This document shows, one piece after another, positions 45,332 through 64,000 of a stretch of 64,000 nucleotides of DNA. The stretch covers positions 930,001 through 994,000 of the forward strand of contig CAVNZM010000012.1 in assembly GCA_963693365.1 (NCBI GenBank), written 5' to 3'. The notes beneath the pieces were generated by a model that was not told the origin of the DNA, made no database searches, and worked only from the letters and a program-made list of their open reading frames with translations. The stretch's first letter is position 1; every line of letters starts with the position of its first letter. Position numbers and translations under genes: made by a program. The DNA is from Amoebidium appalachense (taxonomy: Eukaryota > Protista > Ichthyosporea).

Positions 45332-45879
45332 CTCCCGGCTTGGGCATTACATTATTCGTGCGGTAATTTTTATTGGCAGAAAAGATCAAAAGTCAATTTC
45401 TGATTGGTGGTTTGCTTCAAGGCAAAAAATCGCCAATAGTTTGATGAGCCGCTTCGGGGTTGCAAATTCGCGAAACAGCTTACATAGAACAGTAATTTTT
45501 TTGAGGTGGCATGCCGGGTCCCCTCGTTCAATGGCATAGCGGAAAATTCTGGAATACGGAGATGTAGATAAAGCATAATAGTGGTTATTCTGTTGTGTTT
45601 CTATGATCAATAATCTATGATGTGATTTTTTCTATCTTTACCTCTCTAATAGCCACAGCGATCATGACCATGGAAATTTCGCGCGCCGCGCATATGCATG
45701 CATTCAAGTGAGCTTTGAGCTGTTGAGCTTTGAGGCTTATAACTTATGTGCATTGGTAATCCATGTCCGTGGCTTATATTCGACATAAAAGAAGCTCTGA
45801 TAAAGTGTCGCGGCAATAGAATGAAAATACTTCATGAATCGACATGCAAACCTTTATAACGACGATTTTTCAAGTTTAT

Positions 45880-45910
<31 letters not shown>

Positions 45911-46765
45911 TCTACCACCACCACCACCAATCTCCCCACCTGACCGGGCCACCTCCCCCTGGAAGTTCATACCCTGAGCCGGCCGGCAACCGGGAAATTC
46001 CTTTGGTGACATAAAATGCTCCCGATTGGATTGTGGAAGCAAAGCTAATCCCCCAATACCCTGAGTCCTTCTTTTCTTTCAGATTACAAACACATTTCCT
46101 GAAACACAAATTGTAATAAACAAATTCATGAAGCCTGCGTATATCATCTTATTATGTTTTTTAAAGTGAGCAAGGGCATATATCAGTCAAACACTCCTTA
46201 CCGAGGCTCAATGAGGAGAGAGAGTTGACTCATAGCCCTATTCAATTAGTCAAGTTTAGGAGCCAGATTCCAGAAGCCCAGATCCTGCCAGGCTCTGCCG
46301 GCGCCAGCAGAGAGTTACATAGATGATGAATTTGAAGAGAAAGACAACATATTTACAAATTTACATATATACATATACATATATTTGGTGAAATTTTTTA
46401 TTCCTTTATGTGTATATGGATTTAAGCTTGACAATGCAACTGCAAATGATGTTTTTTAACAGATGATTCAACCCAGACTGGTGGCGATTACGTAATGCAT
46501 GAATGCCGGGCGGCACCGCCAGATGGCATGCATACGACAAGCATGCCCTACTGACTCAGTGACTGTGCACGTGGTGCGGCGTGATGTTTTTCGAAAAGGT
46601 GCAAGACTTACAGACGTCACTCGAAAAAAAATCGCGCACAATCCCCCCACTTATGTGCGTTTACATATCCTACCCTCAAACCTTTCCACACACACATAGA
46701 CACACATACAAACGCACACGCACAGACATACATACACACACCCTCCTGTTCTCTCCCTAAATCCC

Positions 46766-46877
<112 letters not shown>

Positions 46878-47232
46878 CCCCCCCCCCCCCCCCCCCCCCT
46901 CCCCCCCCCCCCCCTCCCTCCTCCCCCGTCTCTTCTCTGCTCCCCTCTTCTCTCTGTCAGAAACCCCCCCCCCCCCCCCCCCCTCTCCCCCCCCCTCTCC
47001 GCGGCTCTCAGGCACCCCCCTTTCGCCCCTTCTCCTGTCCCCTGCCCTCGCCTCTCCTCCCTTGCTCCCCCCTCTCTCTCTCCTCGCCGCCCCTTGCACC
47101 CTTCTTTCCTCCCTACAGCCCCACATCCCTCTCACCCCTACCCTCCTCCACCCCTCCCCCTCTCTTTCTGCTCGTCTTTTCCCACACCCAAACTAATTTG
47201 TATACACCTCACCAGTATTTTAGCTCTATCAA

Positions 47233-61067
<13,835 letters not shown>

Positions 61068-61673
61068 TAGAGCTTCATGATATAGGGTCGAAATTTGGGC
61101 TATTTGAATGGGTTATTTTTAAGTATTCTGAAGGTTTTGAGAAGCCGTGTACACACATACGTATGCTGTTAGTGCATGTATTCACCCAGAGATGGTATAA
61201 TGTGTTGATGGGGATGAAAAAAATAAATAAAATTAAATGTGTATGTTAAATGTGTATGTTGACAGTCATTGAAGCCTGCCATAAGTGGCACACGACCACA
61301 CACTGTCACACGTATGCGAGCTCGTGCACGCACACACACTGATTCTCACTCACTCCCTCACTCCCTCACTCACTCACTCACTCACTCACTAACACTCACA
61401 CACCACATGCATGCGCTGGCAGGTGCGTGCACACACATCGTCACACTGACACAAACACAAACACAAACACACACACACATACAGAGAGAGAGAGGGGGAG
61501 AGAGAGAGACGGAGACATACACACAAACCTACTGTAGTAACACACGCACACACACGAACACACACACACACACACACACACGGTACACACACACACGCAC
61601 ACACAAACACACACACACCTGAGTCTTTTCCTCTCACCCCGGGGGGGGCTAGGCTCTCCTGCCCGTCGTCCCT

Positions 61674-61711
<38 letters not shown>

Positions 61712-63024
61712 GGGGCCTGCGCCTCTCCCCTGGCCTCCCCTACCACCATCAATACCTTGTCCCTCTTTTTTCTTTAGCAACCATCACAAAAACCGAAATT
61801 TGGATGAACGGGACGGGGTCCTGGCCGCTGTGGCATTCGGTAGACCAGGGAGGAGAGAAAGGAGGGGAGGGGTTAGGATCTTGGGTTTCTGGGTGGAATT
61901 CCCGAAAACCGTATAGGGCCCTGGGGGTTATGCATTTGTGATATGTGTATGTATGTACATGTGTGTTTAAGGGAGCGGAGAGGAGGGAGGGGGGAGGGGG
62001 GATAGATGAACTTCGGATAGATATTTCACGGACTTCACTTTCACTAGTACTTCGATCTCTTAGCTGTCACATCAACTTTTTTTCCCAGTTCTTCACCATG
62101 GCAGGTATATAAAGGCTTTCGTTTCTTCTTTTTGTGGTGGGAGGGAGTCCCACTCAGGGGAACGTGACTGCAGCGTGTGTGTGGTGTTGCCTGGTGTATT
62201 CCTATTGCTGTGAGAGTGTGGGGGCATCTCCCTTTCGCGGAGTTTCTCGCTTGAAAAGTGGTTTCTTCAACGCCTGGTGGTCCACTGCAACCTATAATAA
62301 CTTCTACACGCTGTCTACGCTTCTATGCGATCTATTGGCGGTGGGCTGCTGCAACTTCTTCAGCTACTTCTGCGCTGCGTGAGTGGAGGGGCGGCTACTT
62401 GGTCGTCGGGGAGCTTTCCAAGTGACTGCCAGTCCTGAGCCTCCAGTCGTATGGCAATGACCGGGTTTGCTTGCATGCATTCTGTAATTGTGTTTTTCTG
62501 TGTGTCCTGACACAACTAGGCCACCTTATCAGAGAGCTAGATGCAGTTTCTCCGGGTTATCTAGGGGCCGGGCCCGTTGGGATTATTTTTTAGCTCAGAT
62601 TTGGTCTGCATTGCTCTTTTAGAGGCTGGCTTGCTTGCTGTGCCTCGGTAGGTTTTGAGGGGGGCCTGTTGGGAAGCAGCAGTAATGATGTCTTCTTGCG
62701 GAGTGTGGTCTGGTCAACATCGATGCATATGACTAGTTGGAGCAAACTAGTTTCACGCATACACGTACACTCAAGGTTTTGCCCGCAGCCTGGTGTCCTT
62801 TGTCACGTGTCGCTTTATTTTTATTTCGTAGCTTTGGCTTTTTCAGTTCTATTGGTGGTTATGTAGCCTGTGGCTGCACGTTGCCTTCGTCAACGGATCA
62901 ATAAAACCGAGTCAAAAGAAAAATATTTCACGAGGCTGGAGACTCTGATCATGGGGGAGGGAGTCCCTAGGGACCCTGCTCGGGGGCGAGCTCAGTCAAT
63001 TATTTTACGATTCGATTCAATTCA

Positions 63025-63087
<63 letters not shown>

Positions 63088-63577
63088 CTGTCCTTCTGGC
63101 CAGTTCTCCTTCCCCGCCGTAGTACCCCGTAACCACCTAAGGAAGGGCTCTACGTAGGATGCATATTTTCAAATATGTTTGCCTCTCCGTAGCTTCCCCC
63201 TTGTGTGGGGACGGTACGTGTGAGCTCGATGCGCCATTTGTGATGATTCATGAGCCACGGGCGGGCGGTCACGCAAAGTTGCTCATGACACACGTACACC
63301 CGAGGTTTTCGTGGGTACACGTACTACCAGTGCTCTACTAACCATATAAAGTTCGTTTATAGATTGAGTAATTGGCTATCTTGTTTCTAAATTGTTGATT
63401 GGCTGATCCGTTATCCTCTGGCATGCTTGTCCCCCGCCCGCTTTCTTGAACTCTTGGTCATTTGAATCATTTCTTCCAAACCGTCGAAAGGAAACCTTTT
63501 TTGAATGCTCTCGCATGTTTAGGAAATTGAACTTCCGGAGGTGTGTGGAACAAGAATTCCACGGTCACAAACGCCAC

Positions 63578-63597
63578 CATGACGGGACCTAGAGACA
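63578..63597 (+). CDS. Possible first coding exon of a gene continuing beyond the window
   Basis: GCCACCATG Kozak-like context, ATGACGGGACCTAGAGACAG|GTGCTT, and upstream ATTGG boxes. Too short to assign. Confidence 0.2.
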
Positions 63598-64000
63598 GGT
63601 GCTTGCTATGAATGTGGTTTCGAAATGCGTCATGATCGTAAGGGATGATTCTATCTATTTTAAATCTCACTCGTGTGTGGTTGCAGTAGTATTTTGTTGG
63701 CAAGATGGACGTGCGTTGATGTTGTGTGCCATGTACTCTTGTGCTTTTGTGCTAGTGCATTCGCGCGCATGCGTGCGTTTCTCTAATTCTGTGCGTGTGT
63801 GCTTGCTCGTTTAGCATGAAGGTGTGGGTGCGCTGAGGTGTTAGTATGTGTGCGTGGGGCATTGTGTGCCCCTTTTTGCTTAGGTTTTTTAGGTTGCTTT
63901 GCGGATTCTTTGTATGACCGCACGTCGGGTACCTGTGTGTGTGCTACCACAGCTTCTGTACGTGTTTATGTGAGTCTGCCTGGATTTTTCAGCTCACTCG

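Overview
Eukaryotic genomic DNA, intron-rich and packed with (CA)n/(GT)n, (CT)n, (TA)n and poly-C/poly-G tracts. Most ORFs in the track are microsatellite artefacts. Gene content and style suggest a non-animal holozoan or protist such as an ichthyosporean, but this is inference only. Splicing exons by hand gives six protein genes. (1) A 5'-partial Kelch + two-BTB (LZTR1-like) gene, +, 537-9130. (2) An NDUFV3-like complex I accessory subunit with a long linker, -, 11867-14039. (3) A single-finger GATA factor with an unusual C-X2-C-X21-C-X2-C finger, +, 20483-22345. (4) An intronless UNC-93-like MFS transporter, -, 32332-33750, with a head-to-head pseudogene copy, +, ~35545-36962. (5) A BTG/Tob-family gene, -, 44749-45225. 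(6) A ~15-exon U11/U12 snRNP 48K (SNRNP48) gene with an apparent PWI-like insertion, +, 47233-61067. Non-coding features include a hAT-type MITE with a perfect 8-bp TSD, a probable solo LTR and a 235-bp intronic fold-back. There is also a duplicated leader plus ~50-bp tandem array in which most units carry an E-box (CACGTG) 5 bp from a CArG box (CCW6GG). All protein assignments come from motif recognition by eye; no database searches were run.
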